Assembly (NCBI GenBank): GCA_964016885.1
Contig: OZ024746.1
Coordinates: forward strand, 97,340,001 to 97,404,000
Direction: 5' to 3'
DNA length: 64,000 bases
From: Eledone cirrhosa
Taxonomy: Eukaryota
Positions within the stretch are counted from its first letter, which is position 1; the number at the start of each line of letters is the position of its first letter. Both the position numbers and the translations under genes were made by a program. Of this stretch, positions 38,091 through 50,680 are shown piece by piece. The notes beneath the pieces were generated by a model, which ran no database searches, had not been told where the DNA came from, and saw nothing but the letters and a program-made list of their open reading frames with translations.

Positions 38091-38573
38091 GTATTGTAAT
38101 ATATATATATATATAATTATAGTAGGCATAAATCGAAGATGTAGCTGCCGTACAGCAGGTACTAATCAAGCTGTTTGAGGCAATCTCAAAGCACTCAATA
38201 GAGTGACATGTTAAGAAATTACCATCCAGAGTAAAGACAATAGTTAAAAAGTGTGACACTAAGAAAAACATCTGATGGCAGTGGTCATACATATACAAAA
38301 ACAACGATAAATACAGAAATGTATATATATACAAAAATGTACACATATATATATATGGGGTAACAAATTATCGTTATAGGTAATCCAGTTAGAGGTTGTG
38401 AGTACTCTGTATTCTGGATAGTTTTAACGTAGGGCTTTGTTTAACTCAACAAGATGTTTCCATAGTTATGCAGCGAGTTTGCCGGAATTCCTATGTGGTT
38501 TATACTTGGAGTAATAATAGTGAAAGAATGAAGAGTAACTTGGTTGGCTGTACAACAAGGGGCTTTATTTCAG

Positions 38574-38684
38574 GTATTGACAATTGTTTCATTGATCAGG
38601 TGAGTCTAGAGATCGATAATCGCTTGAAGTTGCGTCACTCGATCTCCATTACATTATTTACCTTTGACCAAATCTTCAGAATAC
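38574..38684 (-). ncRNA. Type I hammerhead ribozyme with ~80-nt extended stem II (family G element 38357-39092)
   Basis: GUAUU CUGAAGA U UUGGUCA..GAGAUCGA..UCGAUCUC..UGAUCAA U GAA ACAAUUGU C^AAUAC: stem I 5 bp, palindromic stem III, GUC triplet. The inverted arm at 38947-39092 lacks the CUGAAGA half. Confidence 0.8.
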
Positions 38685-39488
38685 GAATAATCCATACATG
38701 GCAAGATATATATAAAGAAATAGCGTATAATCAAAACAATAACATCAATAATTGTTTCTACTTTTGGCACAAGGCCAGCAATTATCTCAGTGTATTACTG
38801 GTATTTTATTTTATTGACCCCGTAAGGATGAAAGGCAAAATCAACCTCGGCGGGATTTGAACTCAGATCATTAAGGGACGTAACTATGCTGGAAAGCATG
38901 GCATCCACCCCTTTACCGATACTGCCAATTCACCGTCAGAAATAATGAGGTACATAATGTAATGGAGATCGAGTGAAGCAACTTCGAGTGATTAGCGACC
39001 TCTAGACTCGCCTGGTCAATGAAACAATTGTTAATACCTGAAATAAAGCCCCTTGTTGTACAGCCAACCATGTTACTCTTCATTCTTTCACTATATATAT
39101 ATATATACAAAAATGTACACATACACACACATATATATATATATATATATTCATTTCATTCATTTTCATTTCATTTTACGTCCGCTTTTTCCCTGCTTGC
39201 AAGGGTGGGACGGGAACTGATTCTGGCTTGATTTCTACAGCTGGATGCCCTTCCCAACACCAACCTCATTTACAGTGAGTGCTGGGTGCTTTTTTACCGT
39301 GGCACCTCCACGTCCACTTTACAGTGTGGGCTGGGTGCTTTTTTGCCGTGGCACCTCCACAACCACTTTGCGGTGGAATGATAGGGACCCCAGTCCCTAT
39401 CATCTCATTTCTACAGCTGAGTAAACTGGAGCAATGTGAAATAAAGTGTCTTGCTCAAGGAAACAACACATCACCTGGTCTCCTTGAG

Positions 39489-39527
<39 letters not shown>

Positions 39528-39552
39528 TATATATACATATATATATATGTAA

Positions 39553-39879
39553 AGTGTACTCCCGACATTTGCGGTCCTGGTTATTCATGGAATTTTCCTT
39601 AGAACCTAACTAATAATTTTTCGTGGAAACCACCGCATATTCGCAGAATCATAAATATCTTTTGTAAGTTTTTTATGGCTTTTTTTGTGGCAATATATAT
39701 TTTCATGCTCCTCAACATTAAATTATTAACAACAATAAACCGTATTTGCTGGCGTATATTTTACGTTATGTTTTGACGTTTATAGGCATTTTTATGGACC
39801 ACGTACATTATTCGCGGTTTTTCACTCTTCGCGGGTGCTTCAGGAATGTCACCCCCACGAATACCGGGGGACAAATGTA
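39553..39879. mobile_element. Tigger/pogo-like MITE (partial copy 53255-53400)
   Basis: Ends gtgtactcccgacatttgcgg ... cccccacgaataccggggggacaaatg|ta; a second partial copy is present. Confidence 0.5.
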
Positions 39880-40069
39880 TTTATACTGATGGTTATCCCC
39901 ACATAAATCTAAATATATCACACATTACACATCAACACATCAAAGAGAGACAATAACATCAGAGCAATGTTTGTACACATTCTACAATGGTTCACATGAA
40001 TTCCTGATGAAGGCAGAAACCATCACCACTACCACCTGATACAACATCTGTCTTCGAAACAACTGTACA

Positions 40070-40700
40070 ACATCACCACCACCACATCACCACCATCACA
40101 GCCACTACATCAGCACCATCACAGCCACTACATCACCACCACCACATGACCACCATCACAGCCACTACATCACCACCATCACCACCACCACATCACCACC
40201 ATTACAGCCACTACATCACCACCACCACAACCACCACCATCACAGCCACTACATCACCACCACCACATCACCACCATCACAGCCACTACATCACCACCAT
40301 CACCACCATCACAGCCACTACATCACCACCACCACATCACCACCACCATTACAGCCACTACATCACCACCATCACAACCACCACCATCACCATCACCACA
40401 ACCACCACTACAACTGCCACTACACCACCACAGCCACTACACCCCCACCTCCATCACAGTCACAACATCAGCACCACCATCACCACAACCACCACCATCA
40501 CCACAACCACCACCATCACCAACACCACCACCGCCACCAGAGCCACTACACCCTCACCACCACCACATCACCACAACCACCACCATCACCACAACCACCA
40601 CCACCACATCACCACAACCACCATCACCACCACCACCACACCCCCACCTCCATCACAGTCACCATACCACCACCACCACCACCAGCAGCACCAGAGGCAT
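40070..40700. repeat. (CAC/CAT)n low-complexity satellite
   Basis: Directly visible. Confidence 0.95.
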
Positions 40701-40946
40701 CACTATCAATAGTAGTAGTCAGAGCTAGAATGTCACTGATGTTCAGTACTAAAACTGGGACAGGTTATCAAATGTTACACCTCACTTCTTTAATGTGGCA
40801 TCTGTAAATCACTTTAACTACATCACATTTCTCTCAACTTAATCCATTGTATTGTATTCTATATAAACATATATATACATATATATGTATAAACATACAT
40901 ATATATAAACATACATATACATACATATAAACATATAAACACACAC

Positions 40947-40979
<33 letters not shown>

Positions 40980-41011
40980 AATAAATATATATACATATAT
41001 ATATGCATACA

Positions 41012-41110
41012 CAGTGTGTCCAAAAAAAGTACACACGCTTTGATTACCTGTACAGTCAATATTTATTAGAATGCTGTTAAAGTGTGTATACATTTTCTTG
41101 GAGCACCCTG
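41012..41110. mobile_element. Tc1/mariner MITE
   Basis: CAGTGTGTCCAAAAAAAGTACACAC..GTGTGTATACATTTTCTTGGAGCACCCTG|TA imperfect TIRs. Confidence 0.65.
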
Positions 41111-41128
41111 TATTTATACACACATATA

Positions 41129-41233
41129 TCTTCTATATATATAAAAGCGAGGATGAGTGTGTGTGTCTGTGGACAACTTTGTATATTCTTAGCATAATTT
41201 AAAACCCCGAGCAACGCCGGGTAAATCTGCTAG
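41129..41233 (+). mobile_element. Mini-Helitron
   Basis: A|TCTTCTATATATATAAAAG ... CCCGAGCAACGCCGGG hairpin, short spacer, CTAG|T. Confidence 0.8.
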
Positions 41234-41319
<86 letters not shown>

Positions 41320-41348
41320 TACATATATATACATATACATACATATAC

Positions 41349-41379
<31 letters not shown>

Positions 41380-41466
41380 CATACATATACATATATATAT
41401 ATATACATATATATATACATACATATACATATATATATATATATACATATATATACATACATATAC

Positions 41467-41497
<31 letters not shown>

Positions 41498-41508
41498 CAT
41501 ACATATAC

Positions 41509-41539
<31 letters not shown>

Positions 41540-41592
41540 CATACATATACATATATATACATATACATATATATATATACATATATATATAT

Positions 41593-41643
<51 letters not shown>

Positions 41644-41656
41644 TACATATATATAC

Positions 41657-41703
<47 letters not shown>

Positions 41704-41718
41704 TACATATATGTATAT

Positions 41719-41783
<65 letters not shown>

Positions 41784-41808
41784 TATATACATATATACAT
41801 ATATATAC

Positions 41809-41861
<53 letters not shown>

Positions 41862-42015
41862 CATATATACATATATATATATACATATATACATATATAT
41901 ACATATATATACATATACATATATACATATGCATATATACATATATACATATATATATATATATTTATATATACATATATACACGCATACATATATATAT
42001 ACATATATATATACA
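41234..42015. repeat. Compound (TA)n/(TACA)n microsatellite
   Basis: Directly visible; similar long tracts at 33180-33300, 33480-33780, 53400-54025 and 54388-54550. Confidence 0.95.
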
Positions 42016-42619
42016 TGATATGATTGCTGCCCCCTCATTATCGAGTATGGCCATTGCACGATATACCATTATTAATAATTATTAATTAATTCGATCATGC
42101 AACGACTGTGCACTGAGCCAATCCCACTCTCTGAGCGACAGTAGCTATAACCCGAAAAGAAGAAAAGATCAACATCATTAGTAACTCCTGAGCCGCAGGT
42201 TTTATATCAGAGTTATCCCAGTTTCCTGAGTTGCCTTCTCCTAGAAGAATGCCCTGACAAAGGCTAGGGGTCCTTCACTCCCAGTGGTTTGACCGCATGA
42301 TCGGGTGTCCAGCCCGATTATTTCTATGTCTCAGTGCATATACATACACATGCATACATATGTATACATATATATATACATATATACACATGCATACATG
42401 TATATACATATTTACACATTTTTGGATAGCTGGTGAGTCTTAATAGTTCTTCCACCCTTTGTCAGGTTTTGTTTTTTGTTCTGCAGGGTGTCACCCTCCT
42501 TACCAAGTAAACTTGGTGGGGTTGCCGGCAACCCGAAAAGGTGTCAGGTTATACTGGGTTACATGTTACCAGTAATACTCAAGAGTGCCCTGACATAGCA
42601 TATACATATATACATACAA

Positions 42620-43320
42620 AGATAACCCCGATAATAAACAGATTAAAAGCTACAGCAATGTGGAAGACATCCATGTACATAATATGAAAGAGTACTGGTG
42701 GAATGTTCCAGTAAAAACCCCAATAAAATGCAGGCATAACAGACCAGATATTATGATATGGGACAGAGAGAAGAAAGCATGCACAGTAGTGGAAATTAGC
42801 TGCCCAGCAGATGCCAATATAATATCAAAGATTAGCGAAAAGGAGAATATTTATGCAGAACTAATGAGAAATCTGGAGATACTCCACCCTGAATACACAT
42901 TCAGATTTATGCTTTGATTATTGGGGCACTGGGATATGTTAGTAAGCGCCTCAATACAAATCTTGAGAAGCTGGGCTTCACAGGAACAGAAAGAACACGA
43001 CTAGTTAGGAAATTAGAAGTAAATCATCATCATCATGGACGTTAAACGATGAAGATGATGAATCCATTAATGGAACAGTAAAAATATGTAAAACATTCCA
43101 AAAAGTCTGCATTTAATAACTGCATATACACATGTACAGATACGAAGCGTATGCACATGCACACATAAAACTCAAAACATACACATGCACACATACAATA
43201 ACATCCATACCTGCACTCATAGTCGATGTTGTGTAAATTCCAATGAGAGAGTCTTGTGTCTATGTTAGAAACCGACTCTCTCTCTCTACTGGCAAAGATT
43301 TGTGAAATTATAAAACTAGA
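42620..43320 (+). mobile_element. 3' fragment of an R4-like RLE LINE (endonuclease domain + 3'UTR)
   Basis: EYWWNVPVKTPIKCRHNRPDIMIWDREKKACTVVEISCP..KISEKENIY: PD-(D/E)xK-type RLE motif; frameshifted; near-identical to 61370-62250. Confidence 0.85.
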
Positions 43321-43412
43321 ACATACATACATATCTATCATACATACATATATATATATAGCTATTGGAATTGAATAATCAAAACTGTAGCAAGATGTCG
43401 CATATCAAATCT

Positions 43413-43479
43413 TATATTTTGTCTGATGAAAACGTACTTAAACACCATTGTACCTTTGAAATATGTATAATAAAATATA
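43413..43479 (+). ncRNA. Type I hammerhead ribozyme (family D)
   Basis: UAUAUUUUGU CUGAUGA AAACGUAC-loop-GUACCUUU GAA AUAUGUAU A^AUAAAAUAUA: stem I 10 bp, stem II 7 bp with a C.C mismatch. Confidence 0.8.
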
Positions 43480-44452
43480 TATTTTGTTTATGAGAATATT
43501 TTGCATTTATTAATATTTTGAATAATATACATACATATATATATGAGGCACATGGCTTAGTGGTTAGAGCATAGGCCTTGCAATCGAAAGGTTGTGAGTT
43601 CAATTCTCAGACTGGGTGATGTGTTGTTTCCTTGAGCAAGACACTTTATTTCACATTGCTGTAGTTTACTCAGCTGTAGAAATGAGATGATAGGGACTGG
43701 GGTCCCTATCATTCCACTGCAAAGTGGTCGTGGAGATGCCACGGCAAAAATGCACCCAGCCCACACTGTAAAGTGGACATGTAGGCGCCACGGAAAAAAA
43801 GCACCCAGCACTCATTGTAAATGAGGTTGGTGTTAGGAAGGGCATCCAGCTGTAGAAATCAAGCCAGAATCAGTTCCTGTACGAACAAGACAAGATCAGC
43901 CGACTGGAGACTGCCCACAACAGGACAACTCGTCGAACCCATGCTAGCGTGGAAGAACGGACGTAAAACAGTGATGATGATGATGATGATGATGATATAT
44001 ATATATACATATATACACATGAACGTGTGTGCATGTACACATATACACACACGTGTATTTGTATGCCTGCTCAGAAATGTATGCCAACGAACGACTCTTA
44101 AACAAAGAATCTGAAGCAATTTCGGCTTGAAAGCATAAACTGTAAAAAACATTTTTGTATTACAGCCCAACCTCATATCCTAATGGATAGTACATAATAT
44201 GTCATGATGTGGTAACTAAGAGCAACCTAACTATATACTCTTTACTTATGTATATATATGTATGTATATATGTATATGTATATATGTATATATATGTATA
44301 TGTATATATATGTATATGTAGATGTATATGTATATGTATATATGTATATGTGTATATGTATATATATATTTGTATATGCATATATGTGTATATGTATACA
44401 TATGTATATATGTATATATGTATACACACACACACATACATACACATATATA

Positions 44453-44660
44453 CTTCTTCCGCAAATGAAACCATGGTAGGGAGATCGATATACAAGTGAG
44501 ATTGACTAATATCCTTTTGGTCTGTCTGACCTATACTCCCATAAATAGAGTTTTTTTTACTTAAATTTAATATGTAATATTGCTTCTCTGATTGATATTT
44601 TATCAATATATTTTATCCATTGATTGAGATGTTTAAGTATTCAAAACTAATTAATATTAT
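44453..44660 (+). mobile_element. pLTR-like fragment starting just before hammerhead 3' half
   Basis: After a TA-rich tract: cttcttccgcaaau GAA ACCAUGGU A^GGGAG (palindromic stem III, GUA triplet); related decayed copy at 45400-45545. Confidence 0.5.
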
Positions 44661-45549
44661 TTAGCTGCTCCTGATTGGTTGAGCTGTGTCAGAAGGTCTT
44701 TTGGCTGCTATTTCTAGTGGTACAATAAGCCTATCATGTAGTCCTAATATATTGGATTGGCAGTATCGGTGGAGGGTCAGACGCCATGCTTTGCAATATA
44801 GAGTTTCGGCCCTTTATGGTCTGAGTTCAAATTCCGCAAACGTTAACTTTGCCTTTCATCCTTATGGGGTGCATAAAATAAAGTACCAGTAATACACTGG
44901 GATAATTGGTGGCCTTGTGCCAAAAGTAGAAATAATTATTTAGATGTTCCTGATTTGTTGAGCTGTCTCAGACGGTCTTTTGGCTGCTATTACTAGTGGA
45001 ATTATAAGCCTGTCATGTAGTCCTAATATATTAACTCTTTAGCATTTACATTTCTCTATATATACTATTGTATTTTTGTGGTAAAGGCTTTATGTTACAT
45101 ATTTATCTCACATAGTATCGAATGTATGAAATTTTGATGTTATTTCTTTTGAGAACAATACCTTAACATCTGTATGAGTAGTTGGTTACAGCCGATTTGA
45201 ACAGAAAGAAGTGAGAGAATTCTGGCCAGATATGGCCGGTTTAAATGCTAAAGGGTAAAGAGACATTTGTTCCTTTAATGGTTCAACTGCACATGTTTTG
45301 TTCAGCATGCAGGCTCGGCAACAGTATGTATAGTTTCATGGCAATCATGGCCTCTTGGAATTGAAGAATAACTCGCATGATGAATTTGTGGGTTCTTCAA
45401 ATATTGGCCTTTTCCAATAATTACTTCTGTGAAACCAACTAAATTTTTTTTTTTTTTTTGATCTGTCTAACTTATACTCCTATAAATCGAATTTTTCTCA
45501 CTTAAAATCAATATTTAAGTAATAGAGACTAATTAATCGTTTATATTTA

Positions 45550-45737
45550 TATAGGAAAATGTTTAACCCTGACGGCAGAGCTCAAGCCGTATTTCTGTGT
45601 CCAGAAATAGCCGTTGAAACGGCTTGAGCTCTGCCGTCGGGGTTAACATTTTCCTATTACCCACTCTACTACCCTAAGTATTGAGTACTCTGGTGCGTTA
45701 TGTTCCATCTGGTTCCTTACCACACCTCCTTTGTTAT
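45550..45737 (+). mobile_element. Family B palindromic element
   Basis: Arms around apex TATTTCTG-TGTC-CAGAAATA; tail TTGAGTACTCTGG. Confidence 0.8.
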
Positions 45738-45762
45738 ATATATATAAAACTGATCTATATTA

Positions 45763-45827
45763 TATTTTATCTGATGAAAGCGCACCATAATTTGCTTTGG
45801 TGTCCTTGAAATATGTATAATGAAATA
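45763..45827 (+). ncRNA. Type I hammerhead ribozyme (family D)
   Basis: UAUUUUAU CUGAUGA AAGCGCACCA-loop-UGGUGUCCUU GAA AUAUGUAU A^AUGAAAUA: stem I 8 bp, stem II 9 bp with a C.C mismatch at the same position as 43413. Confidence 0.85.
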
Positions 45828-46475
45828 AATATGGTTTTATAAATATAGTTTCCATTTATTAATATATTGTATTTTTACTCCAAAAATTTGTTGAGTGCTT
45901 TATATCAGTTATAAAAATATTTGTTTGTTGTATCCCAACAAATTAAATATAACTTCTACATATATATATATATATATATATAACAAAGGAGGTGTGGTAA
46001 GGAACCAGATGGACCATATATATATATATAAGCCAGAATCAGTTCCTGATATTGAATGTATATGCATGTGTATATGCATGTGTATATGCATGCATGTGTG
46101 TTTATGCATATATATGAGAGTGTATGTATGTGAATGCATACATTTGTGCATGCATACACATATACATGTGTATAATTTTATACACATTATATATTCGTTA
46201 CCGCACGGACTCACACTGGTCAATGCATACTTAAATAAAGCCTAAATCTGAAAACATTACGATTAATGTTTCTATTATTATTATTATTATACCGGTAGAG
46301 GGTCGGACGCCATGCTTTGACGCATAGTTACGGCCCTTGCCATTCTGAGTTCAAATCCCACCGAGGTTAACTTTGCCTTTCATCCTTACGGGGTCGATAA
46401 AATAAAGTACCAGTAATGCACTGGGGTAATAGCTGGCCTTGTGCCAAAAGTAGAAACAATTATTATTATTATTAT

Positions 46476-46797
46476 ACCGCTCTGAAGATACACTTGTAGT
46501 TTGAGGAATGGAAAATATTGAGAGAAGGCGCTTGGCCTGGTGGTCAGAATGGCCGTGGTCTTTTGTGTGGTTTTCGCCACGAGTAACCCTCGGGGGTTTC
46601 CCCCTATTGGGGAATTTTTCCTTGTTTCAATTTTCATTTTTATTGTTTATTTATATATATATGTTTCTATGTCTTTTTTCTTTTTCGTTTCTTATATAAA
46701 TAATAAAAATCTTTACACGCACAAAGCCCACATCGTACCGTCTTGTACCGTCCTGTGTCGTCTGTAATGTTTTTCTTGATGTCAGCCCTTTGTGGCA
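46476..46797 (+). mobile_element. Probable 3'UTR of an L1/Tx1-type LINE
   Basis: GC-rich then T-rich segment ending CAGCCCTTTGTGGC, bracketed by (ATT)n; family assignment from recollection only. Confidence 0.35.
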
Positions 46798-46809
46798 TTA
46801 TTATTATTA

Positions 46810-49800
46810 TTATAGGTCAGGTCTATTGTGTTCCAGTTTTTTGTCCGTTTGTATCCTAAAATCCCACAGCACCTTCACCTGATCGTTTTCTATCACCGAC
46901 TCTGGCTTATGCTCATACCACTTCTCAGAATGTGGTAAATTGTTTACTTTGCATAGGTGCCAGTGGATCACCCTGCCCATCACATCATGTCTCCAGCCTT
47001 TATAGTGAGTCTGGGCTAGGTGTTTACACTCGGATACAATGTGAGCCACAGTCTCCTCTCTCTCTCCACAGATCCTACACAGTGGGCTAGCCTCCCCCTT
47101 GTAAATATGGTGTTTCAGCCACTTCGTTTTGAGGGCCTGCTCTTGCGCAGCCATTAGCATTCATTCTGTAACCTTTTTAAGGTCTCCTCTTTTCAACCAG
47201 TTCCATATCTGTGGATCTCTAAATTCAGTTTTCTCAAAGAAGGTACTATGAAGGGAATTTTCATGAAGGTTGTTCTTTCTCCTTGTTGTTATTTCCTCCT
47301 TGGGCATCCCCTGGTCTATTGTCCTCTCCTTCAGTACAATTCTGAGCATTGGCTCCCTACTATTTGTATTTGTGTAGGTTGTTTTTCTCCATCTGAACAC
47401 AGTCCTCTATGCTGATAAGACCTCTTCCACCTTCAGATCTCCTTAAGTAGAGTCTATCGACATCACTCCTCTTGTGGAACATGTTGTAGATAGCCAATAA
47501 CTTCCTAGTCTTCCTATCCATTTCTTTTTGTTCAGCAACATTCCATTTCAGAATTCCCGCACTGTACCTAATAATAGACACAGCTCGGGAATTTACTGCA
47601 CTTATGGCATTCCTACTATTTAGATGTGATTTTAATACGCTCCTTACTCTCCTAATGTACACAGATCTTATCAATTCCTTCATTTTTTTGTTCTTGATGT
47701 CATCTGCCTCCAGAACACCTAAATATTTGTATCCTTCTTCAGTATCAATTTCCTTTATCATCTCACCTGTTGGTATCTGGATTCCGTTACTTCTGCTCAA
47801 CCTACCCCTCTTCATCACACTTACTAATACCAAATTCCATACATATATCATTGCTGAAGATACGGACAGTGTCAACAAACACATCCAACTCCTTCTCACG
47901 CTTCCCGAAAAGCTTAAGATCGTCCATGAAGAGGAGGTTGTTGATGGTAAGCTCTCCCTTTCCCAACTTGTATCCTGCTCTCACTTTTCGCAATATAATG
48001 GTCAGGAGTATCAGGGCAAGGACAAACAGCAGAAGGGACAAACTATCTCCCTGGAAGATACTTCTCTTGATCTTCACGCCTCCCAAGGATTCTCCGTCCG
48101 ATGTTAACTCTGTTTCCCAGGATTTCATAATTTTGCTCAACAACTGTCTGATGTTATCTGCCACCTTGAAGATCTCTAGGCTTTTGGTTATCCAAGAATG
48201 AGGTACCATGTCGAATGCCTTTTTGTAGTCTATCCATCCCATGGCAAGACCAGTGTGTCTCCTCCTGCAATTCCTCATTACCATCTTATCAATAAGCAAC
48301 TGGTCCTTTGTATCACGGGACTTCTTTCGGCATCCTTTCTGTTCGTCCGGTAACAAGTTGTTTATGTGGAGGTGATGGTAGATTTCTTCAGACACAATGC
48401 TTGTTAACAGTTTCCACATTACGGACAGACATGTGATAGGTCTATAGTTGGTAACATCATTAGCCTTGGTTCGGTCTTTCATTACCAGAACTGTGGTACC
48501 TCTTGTCAACCACTCTGGTACCTCACCCGACACCAAGCAGTCATTGAACATGGTTGTCAATTTCGGGTGGAGGGATGTTATATTTTTAATTCCAATACCC
48601 CTGCACACCATCTGGGCCTGGTGATTTCCAGTTGGTTAGTTTTCTGGCCTGCCCCTTAAGAGTTTCAACTGTGATACTCAAATCAGTCTGTTGGTGTGCC
48701 TGCTTACTAAACTCCTTTTGTACCGTCTCAATCCACACTGCCTGATCATTATATTTAACATCCTGCTCCCATATTCCTCTCCAGAATGTCTTAGTTTGTT
48801 CCGCCTCAGGGATCAAGTCGTTGCCTCTTTCTTTCCCTTGAAGCTGTCCAAACAACATCTTCTGGTTGTTGTCAAACATGCGGTTCTGTCTATACTGACT
48901 GACTCTGCTCTTGTATCGCCTAATCTTTGCGCTCTTTGCTACAATGCGTTGCTTCAGTTCCTCTATGATAATATTTAGCTTTTTCCTCCTAGTTTTGTAC
49001 ATTATTTCCAGTCTATTTTTAGTGTCTATGTTTTGTAGTGTCCCATTCAGTAGGGACTCAAGCTTTCCAATGTCATTTCTCATTTCCCTGATTTGACCAT
49101 TCAGTCGTTTCTTCCACCAAGGTTCTGATCTTTCTTGTTTGTTGTTTCCTCTTGCTTTTATGCCAAGTAATTTCCTCACCGCATTTGCTGTTGCTTTGAG
49201 GATATTGTTGCACTGGTGAAGGTTCCTCGCCTCAAGGTATGGGATGACTTTGTTTACCTTAGCTGTTGTTTCTTTTAACTTTTTCCTGTCTACAAATCTT
49301 AGGTTCATAGGTTTCCCACTATCATTGTTCATTTCATCTACCACTACGTTTAGGATATCAACCAAATCTTGTCCTAGCCCGTCAGCATTCATTTCCTCAA
49401 TGGCCGTATCTTTGTTCCAGGTATTATTTATTTCAGCATTCAGATCATTGTCTGCTTCGGATGCTTCCTCCGTTCTCTCAACCGCTTCACCTTCATTTCC
49501 CACTGGCTCATTTGCCTGGCATACTCCACTCTTCATTTCCAAGCTAATCTCTCTGCTCAGTTCCTCCAGTTCCAGCTCGCTTATCCACCCATTAGTTCTT
49601 ATTACCCGAGCCTGCCTGGACAATTTTTGTTCATCTAATTGTTCCAGATGTTATGCATCCGTTTCCTATAGCCTTTTTCCTTGGGGTTACTCTTCAGGTA
49701 ACATTGCATAACAGTTCTATTCAATTCTTTCGTCCAGTTGGTTCTGGTCCCTTTCCTTCTTCTTCTTCCTCCAACACCAGCAGTATTTGGATGACAGCCA

Positions 49801-49901
49801 GGTCCCTGCTGCTGGGCCAGGGAGTACTTGCTGGGTGAGAGTCTGTCACATGACATTCCAGTCTCCACTTCACCATTATTCGAACTGTTTAGGTTCGACA
49901 T
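46810..49901 (-). mobile_element. R4/Dong-clade non-LTR retrotransposon, single ORF broken by frameshifts, 3'-truncated
   Basis: Consecutive minus ORFs: WTKELNRTVMQCY N-terminus; KLTNWKSPGPDGVQGYW; NYRPITCL, WIDYKKAFDMVPHSW, IFQGDSLS, LLFMDDLKL (RT); YKYLG; RLYLRRSEGGRGL; CCHC knuckle CRICGEREETVAHIVSEC; RHD; WDFRIQTDKKLEHNRPD (start of RLE), then (TAA)n. Confidence 0.93.
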
Positions 49902-50269
49902 TTAAACACTCTTATCGAGGATTGGTGAATGTATGGTTACATAACCACCGGTGATTTCATCACCCCTGGTGATTTGATCACCCCCGGTGATTTTAGTATG
50001 GCACTGTCACACTGTAGACGAACATAAATAAATAAACAAATAAATCGGTAAAAACTTTAAAAAATAAACATAAGTTTCATTGTAATGTAATGTTTGAATG
50101 CCTGACTTAGTTTTTTTTGTTTGTTTTTCTTTTCTTTACGTTCTTCATTGCTGCTCTCCTGTTTTGATTTTTGATTTTTTTGATTTTAGCTTCATGAGAA
50201 GTAGGGCTGTTGCGTTCAAAACTTTTGAAATTTGTTTCGACTTGTTGCTTATCATTATTATTATTATCA

Positions 50270-50680
50270 GCGGTGAATTGGCAGTATCGGTAGAGGGTCG
50301 GACGCCATGCTTTGGCGCATAGAGTTACGGCCCTTGCCATTCTGAGTTCAAATCCCGCCGAGGTTAACTTTGCCTTTCATCCTTACGGGGTCGATAAAAT
50401 AAAGTACCAGTAATACACTGGGATAATTGCTGGCCTTGTGCCAAAAGTAGAAACAATTATTATTATTATCAGCCGAGGTTAACTTTGCCCTCCATCCCCA
50501 CGGGGTCGACAAGACAAAGCACCAGCAATGCCAGCCTTGTGCCAAAAGTAGCAACAATTATTATTATTATTATATTATACGGGGTCGATAAAACAAAGCA
50601 CCAGCAATGCACTGGGCAATTGCTGGCCCTGCGCCAAAGAAAGAAAAACAAAATAGAAACAATTATTATTATTATATTAT
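50270..50680 (+). mobile_element. SINE family A plus two tandem partial re-copies in an (ATT)n tract
   Basis: Full copy 50270-50460 followed by 3' fragments 50472-50560 and 50578-50665, separated by (ATT)n. Confidence 0.8.

Noticed and set aside
41189-42085. Long YIYI/ICIY ORFs (also at 33 kb, 34.5 kb, 44.2 kb, 53.3 kb and 62.3 kb)
   Set aside because: Translations of (TA)n/(TACA)n microsatellites that lack stop codons by composition.
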